Positions 35,559 through 49,238 of a stretch of 64,000 nt of DNA are shown here, piece after piece. Position numbers and translations under genes: made by a program. Numbering within the stretch: the stretch's first letter is position 1; each line of letters begins with the position of its first letter. The stretch lies in assembly GCA_037447605.1 (NCBI GenBank), contig CM074817.1, positions 1-64,000 of the forward strand, given 5' to 3'. The notes beneath the pieces are model-generated. The model was not told the DNA's origin, searched no databases, and saw only the letters and a program-made list of their open reading frames with translations. This DNA comes from Zygnema circumcarinatum SAG 698-1b (Eukaryota > Plantae > Zygnematophyceae).

Positions 35559-36632
35559 GGAACGGTTAAGAAACCACGAGCTCAGAAATTTCAAGCAAAA
35601 ATTCTCAACTTTCAAATAGAAAAAAATGAAGTTACTCTTTGATCTCGTTTTTTCCTCTCTCTCGCCCATCTCCGCTTCGCCCATTTTATAAGAGCCAGGG
35701 ATGTGCCCGTAATCGCCACGTGGGTATTGCGACGTCAGCAGACTTGCCACGAATGTTAGCTATGACACGTGTTGACTTATCAATACGACAGGTGGACTGC
35801 ATGAAAGTTTCTGGCACGTGGCGAAGCGAGATTGGCGGATAGCGTCATGGTAGACCAACGGTGAAACGGGCAGCAAGAAAATTTGATTTTGCACTTAAGG
35901 TTGAAGTACGAAGTTCCGTGGAAAACTTTAATGGGTTTGTCAGAATTTATTTTGGGCAGGAGTATTTTGAGCTGAAGCCAATGATAGGTTTCCACGTAGG
36001 TACAAACGGGCAGATAGTCCATTTCTTAAATGTTTCTGTCCAGTTTTTTTTTTTCGGTCAGGTTGAAAAATTTAAGGGCGAAATATGCGGACCACAATGT
36101 CGGGCTGTCGAAATAAAACAACGACAAAACGACAAACGGAGTGTTCGTTGGGGAGTCTCGCGGAAAATTCGCACAAAAGGACGAAAAGTAACGCGGCTTG
36201 TCCCGTTGCACACGACTGGACACAAGTGCTATGTCGAATTCGCGTATTTGTGTAACTGCCGCGTGAATTGTTTGCATAGACAAGGGAGAGAAAAGTTTCT
36301 TTTCGGGCAGCCCATCCACGCCGACCCAGCTTCCCGCGACTGGATGGCGTCGTCAAGCGAACTGGTTTACCGCTCCACAAATGGAATTCGCCGCACAGTT
36401 TAGGGCTGACGTCATCCCTAAACGTCGCCATTCCGAAGATCTGCAGTAAAAGACCTCCTGCCTTTATTTTCTTTTATATTCTGAAGGTGTTTATTTATTT
36501 TTTTTTTTTTCTAGGATTAACATTCTCTTTGTTTTCACGGATTTTCTATGTTTTAGTTAAGGCTTTTTTTGCTGTCTGCTGATTTTAATTTCCGCCATAG
36601 ATGAGCCTTTCCTGAGCTCGAGCTCCAGCGCC

Positions 36633-37898
36633 ATGGACGGCCTCCCGCCAGACTTGGCCCTCCAGTGCCTGCTGAGGGTGCCTCTATGGTGCCATCCAGT
36701 TCTCCGTTCCGTCAACTCCACATGGAACGCCGCCCTGACCAACAGATCGTTCCACATGGAACGCCGCCGTCTCGGCTACATCGACGATTGTCTGCTAACC
36801 CTAACTGTGGAGGAGGGGAGGGAGGAGAGGGACGAAAGAAGATCCTCTCTTTCTTGCGCACGCGGAGAGACAGGAAGGGGAGAGAGAGCATCTGATGTGG
36901 AGCTGCCGGAAGGCAGAATGAAGGTTAGGGTTGGAGTGGGAGAGCAGGAGCAGGAAAGTGGAGAGAGGAGGGAGGAGTGGGAGAAGGAGAGGAGAGGGAG
37001 ACGACGAGCTGTCTGTCGAGTGTTTGACATACGGCTGCGCTTTTGGTTCGAGTTACCTCTTCCGGAAGAATTATCGGGCCGGCAGCTGTTGGCAAGTGTA
37101 GCCATGGATGGAAGGAGGCTGTTCATAGCAGGGGGAGAGGATGGAGAGGGAAAGAGTACAGGGGCTGTTTGGAGCTATGACTTGTCTGACAGAGTTTGGC
37201 GGAGCATGGAACCTATGCACTGTCCGAGGCAACGGCCGATCAGTGTTCAGTTTCAGCAATTTTTGTATGTTCTAGGGTTATCTTCTCGGGAGAGGCTTTG
37301 TCTGCAGACTCTGAAGTGGGAGGCGGTAGAGGGTGCAGACTGGCCCTTTTTGAGAGGGGATGAGAATGCTCCCGGAGTCATATTAGACCATGCTTTATAT
37401 GTGCATAAACGGTACCTCGATATATCCGTAATTCTCCCGGGCCAAGTCGAAAAATGGGCTAAACTCGAGTACCTTCCTCCAGACGAGAAGCTATCACTGT
37501 GTGCTTTGAAGCAGAATTTGGACCTAAGGAGGGATAAGTGGTTGAAGGTTCTGTCTAAGGCTCGAGGTGAGGTGGTGAGGGTGAAGGAGTGGCTTCTCAG
37601 TGTTCAATGTGAACACTTCTATTGCAGTGTGGAAGTTTATTCTATGGAGGAAGGGGATTGGCTGCCTGTAACGAGCAGAGGAGAGATAGGGGAGGTTGTG
37701 AAAGCCCTAAAAACCCGAACCCCGCAGATTACAGTCATCGGAAATTCGATTTTTCTACTAGGAATGGAGGGGGCGGTTGTTAGGGGCACCATTGAAATGG
37801 AGTCTATGGGAAGGCTCATTTCCAGGTGGGCCGTGCTTTCTTGTGACAACTGTCACGGGAAACAACCTTGGGCCTTTATTGGGATTGTCCAAATTTAA
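36633..37898 (+). CDS. F-box/kelch-repeat protein, intronless, 421 aa
   Basis: N-terminal F-box (GLPPDLALQCLLRVP...LRSVNSTW); kelch motifs LFIAGG, VWSYD...WRSMEPM. Confidence 0.88.
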   Translation: MDGLPPDLALQCLLRVPLWCHPVLRSVNSTWNAALTNRSFHMERRRLGYIDDCLLTLTVEEGREERDERRSSLSCARGETGRGERASDVELPEGRMKVRVGVGEQEQESGERREEWEKERRGRRRAVCRVFDIRLRFWFELPLPEELSGRQLLASVAMDGRRLFIAGGEDGEGKSTGAVWSYDLSDRVWRSMEPMHCPRQRPISVQFQQFLYVLGLSSRERLCLQTLKWEAVEGADWPFLRGDENAPGVILDHALYVHKRYLDISVILPGQVEKWAKLEYLPPDEKLSLCALKQNLDLRRDKWLKVLSKARGEVVRVKEWLLSVQCEHFYCSVEVYSMEEGDWLPVTSRGEIGEVVKALKTRTPQITVIGNSIFLLGMEGAVVRGTIEMESMGRLISRWAVLSCDNCHGKQPWAFIGIVQI

Positions 37899-38140
37899 AA
37901 CGAATCAAATAATCAGGTCGGTATTTGTACATGTTTTATTGTATACAAATAAATTAGGGTTAGGGTAAATTTATGGTTAGTCAAAGTTTGTAACCCACCC
38001 TCACCTCTCCTCTCCCTCTCCCACTCCTCCCACTTCTTCTCCCTCTCCCTGTCCCTCTTCCCCTCCCTTTCCTCTCCCACTCCCTCTCCCTCTCCCTCAA
38101 AGTCAACGCTTCTCCTGCGTACTCATCACTTCGCTGTTCA

Positions 38141-40686
38141 TCAGTGAAGAACTTGAACGTAGTGCCCATCATCATTGGCATCCAGCAGAAAGTCAAAGTC
38201 AACCAAAGACTCCGCCGTGTCCAAAATTGTGTCCCGAACATTCGCAAAAGTGATCCCCAATTCCGTCCTCGCCTTCTCGTTTTTGTAGCAATGCTTTTTG
38301 CCCATGTTGACCAGTTTCGCCTTCTCCTCGCGAGTCAAAAGTGTCCCCTTCAGTCGCATATGCCAACTCGACTCGATCGCCGTCGGAACCCTAAAATTTC
38401 ATCGACAGTAAAAAAAAAAAAAACCGAATAATTAGTAGGAATAAATATAAAAAAAAAAGGAAAAACTTTATGTAGTTTGAGCTAAGGAGCCCTGAACCCT
38501 AATTCCACATAACCCTAATATTGGAAAATTAGTTCAGGGTTAGAAAAGGCACGTACATGAAGGTCGGACGAGGGTAATTAGGTCGTAAAATATTCGCAAT
38601 TTCGAATAATGTCAAATCTTCCGCAACCAATAGATAGCGCCCATTTGCTTCTGGATTTTCCAACGCTGCTACATGTGCTCTCGCCACGTCTCTCACGTCC
38701 ACAACGGGGACATGCACCTGTTCCATGTGCAGTTTTCAGTTGCAAAATAACGCATGGTTTTCAGTCACATGGAAGCGTATCAAAGAGTGATGATGCTGAT
38801 GATGATGAAATTGGTGGTTCTTCATTTTGATGGTTTTACTTTTTAGGGTTTAGGGTTTTAGGGTTGAGGGTACCTGTGGACATGTTCTGGAGGAGGACCG
38901 CAGAAGGTCCAGAATTAGCTTCGGGCTTCGCCTCCCGTGACTTTCAGTCAAGAAGGGGCCCAAAACAGTTCCTGCACATGGAACGCAGCGGAGAAGCCCA
39001 ACACCCCCCCGACAAAAAAAAAAAGAAAACCTAAGCATGGAAACCAAATAAATATAACCTCGTTTGGAAGGAAAAACAAACAGCAAGTTTTTTATAAAAA
39101 TTAAAAATGAATAAAAACCTTTAAAACCCTAAAAATTGACCAGCGAAAAAAGGTGTGTATCTAGCCAAAAAGGTGTGTAAATAGCCCTCTCCCTCCCCCT
39201 CTCCCTCCTTTTGTTTTCTCATACCGACGTTGAGAGTTACGAGCTCGAACGGGTCAATTTGGGGGACTTAGTTCCAATTTGACGGAACGGGCACGGAGCG
39301 CCAGTCACGCGTGACGGAGAACGGGGGAACTGACTGCCATAGATCCGCCATGCAGCTCGCTCTGCTAACGTTTTTGCTAACTGAAAAAGAAAGAGCAGGA
39401 AGGAGCCAAAAGGGAGGGTAGTTAAAAACTGGAAATAGGTGAAGCGTTGCTTTGGTGGCTTGCTTGCGTTGAATTTTTTTTTTTTCCATTGGATCTATGA
39501 AGCAGCAAATGTGCAAAACTACGGTAGACAGTTCAAAGAGAGAAGAAGAGGGAGAGGACGGGGGGAGAGGAAAGAGAGAGGGAAGGCAGAGGAGAGAAAG
39601 CGGGACAGGGGCAGAAAGAGGGAAAGGAAGAGGGAGGAGAGAGAGAAAGTGGGAGAGAAGGTGGGAGCGGGAGAGAAAGAGGGAGAGGGGAAAATCAGGA
39701 AGCGAGGGAGGGAGAGGGTGAGGGAGAAAGTGGGAGAGAAAGTGAGCGGGAGAGAAAGATGGGCAGAAGGAGGGGAAGACGGAGGAGGAGAGGGTGTGGG
39801 AGAGGTGTGAGAAAGGAAGAGAAAGAGGGAGAGGGAGAGGGAGAGATGGGGAGAGGGAGGGAGAGCGCACTTGGAAAGGAGAGCTGGTGAGAGTACTGCT
39901 TGAATTCCAATCCTCCTCCGTAAACTCGTTCAGAGGAGGATCCTCATCGCCGTGAATCGCAGCGAGAGACGAAAGAACCACCACTTTCCTGGCCGCAAAT
40001 TCATCTTTCATTTAGAAATTTAGGCCTACAGAACTAATTTCTAAGTCAAGCCTTGAAAAGAACAAAGCTCACACTCAGATTCAGACTCAGACGCACATTC
40101 AGGGCTTACGAACATCAGAATTCAAGATTCAGGACAATTGCAACCGTTGTGGTGTGCGGATTTTTTGAGGCTCATGAATGCAGAAATTGCCATTTAACGA
40201 AATTTCGCAACGAACAAATAAAAAGGGCTTCCAACCTATAATTTAATTTAATTTCCCAAAAGAAAAAAATCTCCTCAATCTCGTCTCTTCTTCTCTTCTT
40301 CTCTTCGTCTCTTTCTTCTCGTTTCTCTTTCTTCAATTCCTAACCTTTGTTTTTGTAATTTCTGCTAGTTCTCACCTCGCCACTCCTGCCTTGATGACAG
40401 CCTTGAGAACATTCTCCACTCCCTGAACTGTCGGCTCCACAATGTCAGCAATAGGGTTCGCTGTTGCCAAATCGTGCGGCAGAGATGATGCCACGTGGCA
40501 CACGTAATCGCAGCCGTCCACAGCCGCCTGGAAGCTCGCGGGNNNNNNNNNNACCAGACTCCATAGATGCGCATTTGAGGCTCCGTCTGAAGAGTTCCGA
40601 ACGGTCGCATTCACTCGATAGCCTCTTTCAAGTAACGTTTTGACCAGCCAGCTGCCTATGAAGCCGCCGGCGCCGGTCACGCAGAC
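38141..40686 (-). CDS. CCR/DFR-like NAD-dependent epimerase/reductase, copy 2; exon 1 presumably lost in gap 41196-41205
   Basis: Exons 40686-40376 (N gap inside), 39988-39871, 39380-39225, 38971-38874, 38717-38557 and 38390-38141. Motifs [40 protein letters not shown]. Apparent 1-nt frameshift at G5 39261-39265. Confidence 0.88.
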
Positions 40687-42240
40687 CTGCGAGACCGGAA
40701 AGCAAAAACTTCGAATGAGGAAATGTGATAACATCGACAAACACACGTTATGAGTGCATCGATTTGAAGTGTTTGAATGACTGCACACGATCTTTGGTGA
40801 TAGCTGTAAGAAAATATTAGAATGTGCTTCACAAGCTTGTGATGTTGTTGAAGTTTCGAGGCTTTCAGGAATGTTAGGAATGCTTTTTCTATGTGTTGGA
40901 GATTGCTGGGAGGTTTCATATCTTATCATATCCTGTATCGAATGACTGGAGGTTTTTGCAAGAACTATTCTAGTGACTACTGACTTAAAGAAGGCCTATA
41001 TCATCCTCTGAGTCCTGGCCAGAACTGTACGGACATGCATGCATGCCTACATGCAAGCATGCATGCATTATTGTCCCATGTCATCGTTGATCTTGCCACC
41101 ATCACCATCATCATGATCAACTTTGTCGTTTTCACCATGAGCATAGTCGACATGGCGAACATGGCCATACGAATGACATGCATTGGCATCATAGCNNNNN
41201 NNNNNGCAGTACGGTACGGATGAGGCGGCGAGCCCTGTCTGCCAGCCAAAAGGAGCTTTTTCGTACGCGCGCTTCCGCGGACGAGCGGCCTCCTGTCGAC
41301 TCACAGGTGTTCGTACATCTCATTCGTCCGTACGGTCGGCACGCTTCGAGGCGAATACTGACTGCCACGTGGTCTGTTCCCACTCGCAAAACGACAAGTT
41401 CCGAGATTTTCTTGTCGTTTTGAGATGATTTCTTCCGCGTTGAAACAAGGCATCCGAGCGCCCCGCGGTCGAAGGAAGGACCCACGAAACTTCATTTTTT
41501 TTTTTTTTTCCGTTGGCTGGTCAGCCGAACATACCTTCTTTGGAGAAAATTTGCGTTCTGAAGTTTGTGTTGTCTGTGCGCTTGGAAAAGTGGGTTTGTT
41601 TGGGAGTGCAAGCAGGACCGTGGAGAATGCAGGGGTTCAGGGCAACGCGGCCCCGCGGAGGAGTTGGTGTACGAAATGGTACAGAGCAGCAACCATTGGA
41701 TCAACCATGGCGGGGAGTCGCGCTATTTGATTAAGCCTTGCAGGCACATACCATGTATTTTCGAAACTTCATTTTCCGACATGCGGTGACGGTTTAAGCA
41801 CTTTGTCGTTGCTCCCATCGAATACGAGACGTGAGTTTGATTCTGCCTGTCGGCATACAAATCGTCGTGCTCTCTAGTTAATTGTTCCAACCATTGGTTG
41901 CCAAAAACATAGGACTCATCTATTGGTTGGCTCCAATGGTTTGCCAACTGTCGGCGTAGGACCAAATCAACCATTGCCACTGTTGAAGGCCATTCGCTGC
42001 CAACCGCTAGTTGGCAGCGGTCCATTGGTCTGCCCACCATAACCGTCCGACGGTTGGCATCCCATCGTCCGCCCTGTGCCGTGCATGTTCGTACAGTGCC
42101 GTACAGTGCCGTACATTAAGCCGTTCCGATGTCCAGAAGGCGGCGGAGCTCCATTAGGGATTTGCCTCCTCACTCTTTTCGTCGTGAGAAAAGACGACAA
42201 AACCCTACAAGCCTCTCCTGCTGACACGTGTCAGGTGACC

Positions 42241-45200
42241 ATGCCACGTGGTGCCATGCTGGTCGTCCTCGTGGCGCTCTACTGCGCACTGTACGGACCG
42301 CCGCGAGTTGCGGCGTGGGGGGTGATCATGAACGAGGAAGACCGTAAGGCATCTCCATGGCGCTGTTCGCTGTCACGCTCACCGTTGGACTGAACTAGAT
42401 CCACATAGAACTCCATGTGCAGGTCGTGCACTAGTACCGTATTAGGGGTAGCCAGAGCAGCAACAGTCGATGCAGTCGGTCGTTGCAAGCGTCCGGCGAT
42501 GTTTGCTCTCATTTCGACGATCGCATGGAGGAGGGAGGGAGGGTGACACCCTGCAAGTTTTCTGTTTGAAATTTTCTACGCAGGGAACACTATCAATTCG
42601 ATATTGGCCACCATGGGTAACTACCGTCACAATTTTTACACAAATTATGCGTGTGACGACTACCCAAACGTTGCAGCATGTAATGAAGACGGACGCGCCA
42701 CTGCACTGTAAGGACCGGGCAGCCATGGTGCCAACGCAGCCAGGGGCGGACCCACGTAGACATCTTCGGGGGGCATTTCCCCCTGTCAGATTTTGAAAAT
42801 TCAACCCTTTTCTTATTTCCATTTTATTTTATGTATGTAGTTTATGTATTTTATGCAGAGGGAAGGCTATGCTCCGCCTCAAGAAAAATCCTCGATCTGC
42901 CATTGCACGCAACATGTCCATATGAGCAGAAGACATATGCCTTTGTAGTTCACATGCTCTAACCAAAAGGATGAGGAAAAGTTCTTTTTTGTAGTCAACA
43001 CGGGTGAAATGACTGCAAAGACGACATAAGGAATTGGGAACTGTTCTACCTTGCCCCATACAAGTTATAGTAGTGTGTTTGTACATGAAAACTTGGAATG
43101 AATGATCTCTCGAGAGCATGCTTGCTCGCATCGCCAGGTGCAAAATGGACTGCATCTCTTCGAGGTTGAGAGTGATTCAAATTATTTTGTTTCTTGATTT
43201 CTAGACGTCAACTTAACGACGTGATGCATTCAACCATGATCATGCTTACGTGCAGTGGCAGGCTCCATGTGCAGAAAATTTTCAGCAGCTAGTTATGGTG
43301 GAACAATTTCTCCGCAGATAGGGAACCTTCGAAGCCTTCAATATCTGTAAGACGGCGACTCTTCTCGAAGGCTGCCTCCTATTTCCTTCCTTGTCACTAT
43401 TGCTCGATGGGTTCTTCAGATCTCTCCCCGCCATCCCTCACCAAACTGTGTTCCAACACTGTTCTTTTGACGATAGATATAATCGCTGATCATCAAGGTC
43501 TGACCTTGCATTATGTCCATTTCTTTGTATATAGAAGCCCTTAACAGGGATTGGTTCTTGTTTGGTTCTTCTTTTGACACTTGTACAAGATAATCTACTA
43601 TCTATAAATAAACAGACCGTCTGATGTCCGCTCACAGGAGCATGCAGCCGATGAAGCAGGTCTTGACCGGCCAGCCACCCACTCCGCCACTCCTGAGAGA
43701 GAGAGAGAGAGAGGGGGAGAGAGAGAGAGAGAGGGAGAGAGAGAGTGAGAGAGAGAGAGAGAAAAGAGGAGAGAGCGAGCGAGCGAGCGAGAGAGAGAGA
43801 GAGACAGCGAGAAAGAGAGAGAGAAAAAGAGCAGAGAGAGAGAGAGAGAGCTCCTCAGGTCGACTTGTGGGCCTTTGCAGCACTTGAGATAACTTGTTCC
43901 TTTGATGCATCCGGTTGTACTGTACATGTTTCTTACTTAAAATAACCCCGTAGCAAACCCTTATATGCCCTCAAAAGGCCATTCATGGACTCTAAGGAAC
44001 GAAAACATTCTTGAGAGCACGAGGCGTCTTGCTAAATCCGTTACATCGGTTATTGACCTTTTATGTAAACTTAGCGATTTCCTTTTTACTGATGGATTTA
44101 TTTTCATTCTTCAGGATTACTTCTCCTTTTAGACAAATTTCATCATATCTTTTGAAGTTCTCGTTTCTTACTAAGCAATTTCCTGTCCTCACCTCTCTAA
44201 TTGCGCATCACCATTTGAAATGTGGACTGACTTTCTTCATTCAGGTGATTCGTAACTCGCTCTATTGCTGTGCTTATTGGTGCACCGTTCATGTCAATGG
44301 GAGCAGGGACATGTCTTCCAACTATCTGACTGGCCATTGGCCAGCAGAAGTCGCAACATTACAAAACCTCACTTACTTGTAAGGACAGTGCAGAACCATC
44401 ACTTTACCACGTGAAACAGACAGCTCAACAGCACACTCTCTACGCTATGCTTGACAGTCCAACACTCAACTTGTCATTCGCTGAATCATTAGGTGTCACA
44501 CAAAAGGTTCTCGACGTTTCCAAAAATTTCTTCATTTGTCTCGATTGTGTCTCATCTGAGAAAATCTCCCCACAGGGCCTGAGGTGAGTCTTTGCACATC
44601 ACCATTTTCCTGTGCGATGGGATTCTTCATTCAGGTTGTTTTGAGCTTGCTCTATTGCTGTGCTGATTGGTGCCCTGCTCATGTCAATGGGAGCAGGGAC
44701 TTGTCTGACAACGCTCTGACTGGTTTCTTGCCACCACTAATCGGAGCATTACGCAAACTCACTTACTTGTAAGGACACTGCAGAGCAAGCACTTCACCAC
44801 GTCAAACGAACAACTGAATTGAACACTTCCTGCGCTCATGCTTCACAGTCAAACTCTCAATTTGTCATTCGCTAAATCATTAGGTGTCATATCAAAGGTT
44901 CTAAAAGTTAACTAATGTTCCTTCATGTGTCGATTGTACTCATCTAAGACTCGCAGTGTCTGCGATGGCAAGGAGTTCTGCCATCCTTTTGCTTCTGCTA
45001 TCGTCCTTCTTCATTGCTTCCGATGGCAGAAATATCTGTATCAGCCCATGACCACCTTTTACTTTGTTGGTCTTCAAGCATCCCAAGCTCGAAATGATGT
45101 TGATGTCTTCACTTGCTCCGTGTAGGAAACTCAATAACAATCAATTCTCTGGCAAGTTGCCTTCTGCAATTGGCGATCTAACGAGCCTCACATATATGTA

Positions 45201-48200
45201 AGCGAAAGGGAAAGTGTGGCGGTTTTGGTTTTGCGGATGTTATCAAGACAGAAAGCAATGTCGGCATTTTCGTTTCTCAAAAAAGACACTCTCCGGGGAA
45301 TGACCCTGATTTTGTTGAAGGGCGGGTTTTAAAAAGTTGTCAAATTAGTGAGCATACGTTTGAAGGTATTGACTGTGGTTACAGAATGTTCCGTGGGTAT
45401 TCAAGCACTTTCTTTTCTATTTTAAAAGGGCTTACAGTACACTTGTGAAAGATTTATTTAGTATCGGCATGGCGCCTGATGGTACATGCAACGCTAATAG
45501 CATCCATTTCTTTGTGTATACAGAAATGTTTCCCACAACAATTTTTCGGGTAGCATCCCTGCAGCAGTTGGAAACTTGACAAGTCTCGTCACACTGTGAG
45601 TCTTGAAATCGAGCTTGATACATGTCAAGGGATGAAATACATTCAGGGGTCCCTTGGTTCTATGTTTCTCATATTGTACTGTATTTGCTTAGTATTGACA
45701 TGGCACCTAAAGGTACATGCAACGTTAAAAGCATTCATATCTTTGTGTGTGCAGAAATATTGCCTTCAACAATCTATCGGAGACCATCCTTAACACAATT
45801 GGAAACTTGACAAGTCTCGTCAACCTGTGAGTCCCCAAATCAAGCTTGATGAATTTCAATGGCTGGAATACAATCACGTTTCGCTTGGTTTTTTCTTTTT
45901 TTTTTTTTGATATTTTACTGTACACGAAAGAGATTTGCCTTGTATTCGATTGAGGGCTAAAACCCTAAAAACCCTAAAATCCCATCATGGAGTCTACATG
46001 TGTTCTTTTCCTGGATCATACAGTCCATTTTGAAATACTTGTTCATTATGCGCTTGCCAGATGCATGTCTTTGTTACTGAGAGATTCTAAGCTTGAGCAA
46101 TGTCTGATTCTTTTTACGCGCAGTGATGTTTCCCATAACAATTTCACCGGCAAGATACCTGCAAGCATCGCTAACTGCACAAAGCTTGTGAATCTGTATG
46201 CCCTTCTAATCCGGGAACATCCTTCGGAACTTCATATAGCCTCATAGTATAAGCGCCGCAGATTTCCTTACTTCGACATGCAAGACATTGAAGACAAACG
46301 TGTGTGGTCTGAACTCTCATTTTTTCTTGTCTGTTTATTGTGCAGGGACTTATCCTATAACCAATTTGGCGGCCTCATACCTTCTACTATCGGGAGCATC
46401 CGAAGCCTTGTCCAATTGTGAGTAAATAGATAACAACATTTCACAATTTTCCAAAGGATGCTTCAGCATTTGCCTGTGAAAGTTCAGGAGTGAAGGTGAG
46501 ACTTGTGTTATGTAGTAAAATGCGTCGTACAGAACAGGCTTAAACCATTACAGTTATTTAGTATCCTCCAAGGACAAATGTGTGTTTCTACACCTCTAGA
46601 ACTTCGCAAGTGTCACATTTCTGAGATATCAACTGCAGGTCTAAACAGCACACACGAGTTTCCTTCGTTTGACATGAGATGTATACAAGTGACTAAGAAA
46701 AGCGTGTATGTGATACAGGAACGTCAACAACAATCTTTTGACGGGGACTGAAACCATAAATTTCCTTGGAGGCTTCATTCCGTCTGTTGACTTTAGTTAC
46801 AACTTCATGGCGAAAGCCACTGACTCTTTATTCACTAGGATATGAATTCTGTCCGGTTGTGATTTCCAACTGTTTGGGTGAGCCTTCAAGTGACACCTGT
46901 CCCTGGAATGGACAAAAGGACGTATCTGAGTGCACAGCATTTTGCAACGCCCTTCAGTCCGGCGGTGCATGCGGCGGCTTCGGACTCTGCTCAAACACTA
47001 CGGGTCGCCCAACATGCGTCTGCAATTCAGGTTATACCACAAGATTTAGTAAATCGACTTGTGCCAAAGGTAAACTCCTTCGGAATCAAAATTCTATGTT
47101 AGTCCGGTCCCACAGCAATCCGATTCAATTGATTCGATTCGATTGGGATTCGCTCACGCGGGGTAACAATTTAGAATTCCGAACATATTGGAAGCTCGTT
47201 GAATTGCCATACATATATGGGCGTCTTGCGGAATGTTTGATCTTGCGCTTTGTGTATGTGCAGGATCAAATGCACCTCCCCCTAGACCTCCTCGCATTCG
47301 TCCTCCTCCCAGTCGGCCTCCTCCAAGTGCTCTTCCTCCCAGTCCTTGCCCTCCCATTCTTCTCCCTCCAACTTCTCCCTTTTCTCTTTCTCCCCCAGTT
47401 CCTTTGTCTCCTCCATCACCACCCCTCCCTCCCGTTCGTCCACCACCTCCAGGTACAAAAAGCCCTGAATTGTGTTGAAGTAGCCTAGGAGTAAAAGCCC
47501 AACATGTACATATGCGTGCAACACTCAAGGGAATAAAACGTAAACAAAACATACTACTCCTAAAAGTATTCGTCAGACTCAAAATTGAAGTTGAAATCGA
47601 TTGGATTGTGAGTTAACCAAAGGATCGAATGCGAATCAACAATTAAAACCGATCAGCCATTCGACTGAATATGATTGCGAGAAGGTCCACTCTCTCGTCC
47701 TCCATCGCCGTATCTCTCTCTCTCTCTCTCTCTCGCTGTTCCCCTCCCTCAAGCTCGTCTCCGTATCCCACGCAGCGAGTGCCACAGCGAGCGCCCTCCT
47801 GCAGTTCAAGAGCGGCATCACTTCGGACCCCTCCGGCGCACTCGATTCATGGATGGCCATAATGCCCAACTTCTGCCAATGGCGCGGCGTTGAATGCGAC
47901 GGTCGGCGCAATGTAGTAGCCATGTACGGCCTCGTTGTGCCCTTAATCCCCCAACGGGTCATGTCACAACCATGACATCTTGCAACCTTTCACTACTCCC
48001 TATGAACCAAACGACCAACGCGAACAAAAGTCTCCTTCAACTGACGATTTTGTTGCACTATTGGGAGTGGGCAGAAACTTGAAGCAAACTTCGCTTCTAG
48101 GCGTCATCTCGTCGTCGATTGCCAGCATCACAACTCTTCAGCGATTGTGAGTGTTCGACATTATATAGTCGCTTTCGTTCAGTTGTCTTTCATGCATTCT

Positions 48201-49238
48201 AGACCATCAGTATATATGACAAGACAGTCGGGGGAGGTGTGATGAAGCCGCATCAAGACAAGACGAGTCATCCCAAGACTGACCATAAATACAATATGAT
48301 GAAATATGTGGATACAATAATCTTCTATAAATAATCGAGAACCATTTGTAGCTACTGTCTCTATGGGGATTTGAATCTGCGTTTTTGCCGTTTTGTTTGC
48401 AGGGATTTATCCGACAACTTCCTAAGCTCTGTTATCCCCCCAGACATAGATCGACTCGTGAACCTGAGAAGCTTGTAATGCTTTCCAAATGCTTTCTCTT
48501 GTTTTGTAATAGACTTTTCAATACTCTGTATACTTACGTAGGTGTGAAACTGAAATCAAATTGCTTCGTAGCATTTCAGAAATAAAACGATGCATTGGCA
48601 CTGACAAGAATCCTGCCATCTTACAAATCAGAGCCTCGCTGCTTCTCCAGGGACCTGTCCGGTAATGATCTCTTTGGGGAGATCCCAATTTCAATCGGAA
48701 ATCTTACCAACTTGACCAATCTGTAATTATCAAAAATCAGCTAGGAACATGCAGCCTCAGCTTTACCGTTATCTGGGTCGTTTACCTTCTGCTTCTGCTT
48801 GTATAACGTCCTGCAGACTAACTGGCCTTCATATGAAAACTCTTAACCCTAAACCCTTCACTCTAAACCCTAAACTCTAAACCGTAGACCCTAAACTTTA
48901 AACCCTAGAGTAGGCGAAAGAGTAACCAACTGGTCTTTCTGGTGCATGTGGGCCCCACAGCCGCCTCTGCCGCAACCAGCTGAGCGGCAACATTCCGGCG
49001 GCAATCGGAAACCTCGTCAACCTGGAGTACATGTCGGCGCATAACCCCTTCACTCTTTTGGGATTCTAGGGTTGAAGGGTTTTTTTTGTGCAAGGATCGT
49101 GAAGGTTGTGCATGGAATGCAATTCTGCTCTGAGAAAATGCGCCGTATGGCATGGGACTATGGCAGGGACCTCTCCTATAATCGTCTCAACGGAGCCATT
49201 CCTACGTCAATGGGTTCTCTCACGAATTCCCTGCGCAT
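42241..49238 (+). pseudogene. LRR gene B, paralog of gene A, frameshifted in the first EGF-like exon; last exon in the 182-N gap
   Basis: Exon 1 42241-42343. 72-nt LRR exons at 43275, 44307, 44697, 45126, 45524, 45755, 46124 and 46346. EGF-like exon 46719-47069 has an extra base near 46816. Pro-rich 47264-47452; LRRNT 47776-47923; LRR exons at 48075, 48403, 48651, 48961 and 49167. Confidence 0.78.
43376..43908. other. ~530-bp intronic insertion specific to LRR gene B, with an internal GA tract
   Basis: Gene A reads GGCTGC|ATCCGG. Gene B has extra sequence bounded by TGC on both sides. Confidence 0.7.
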
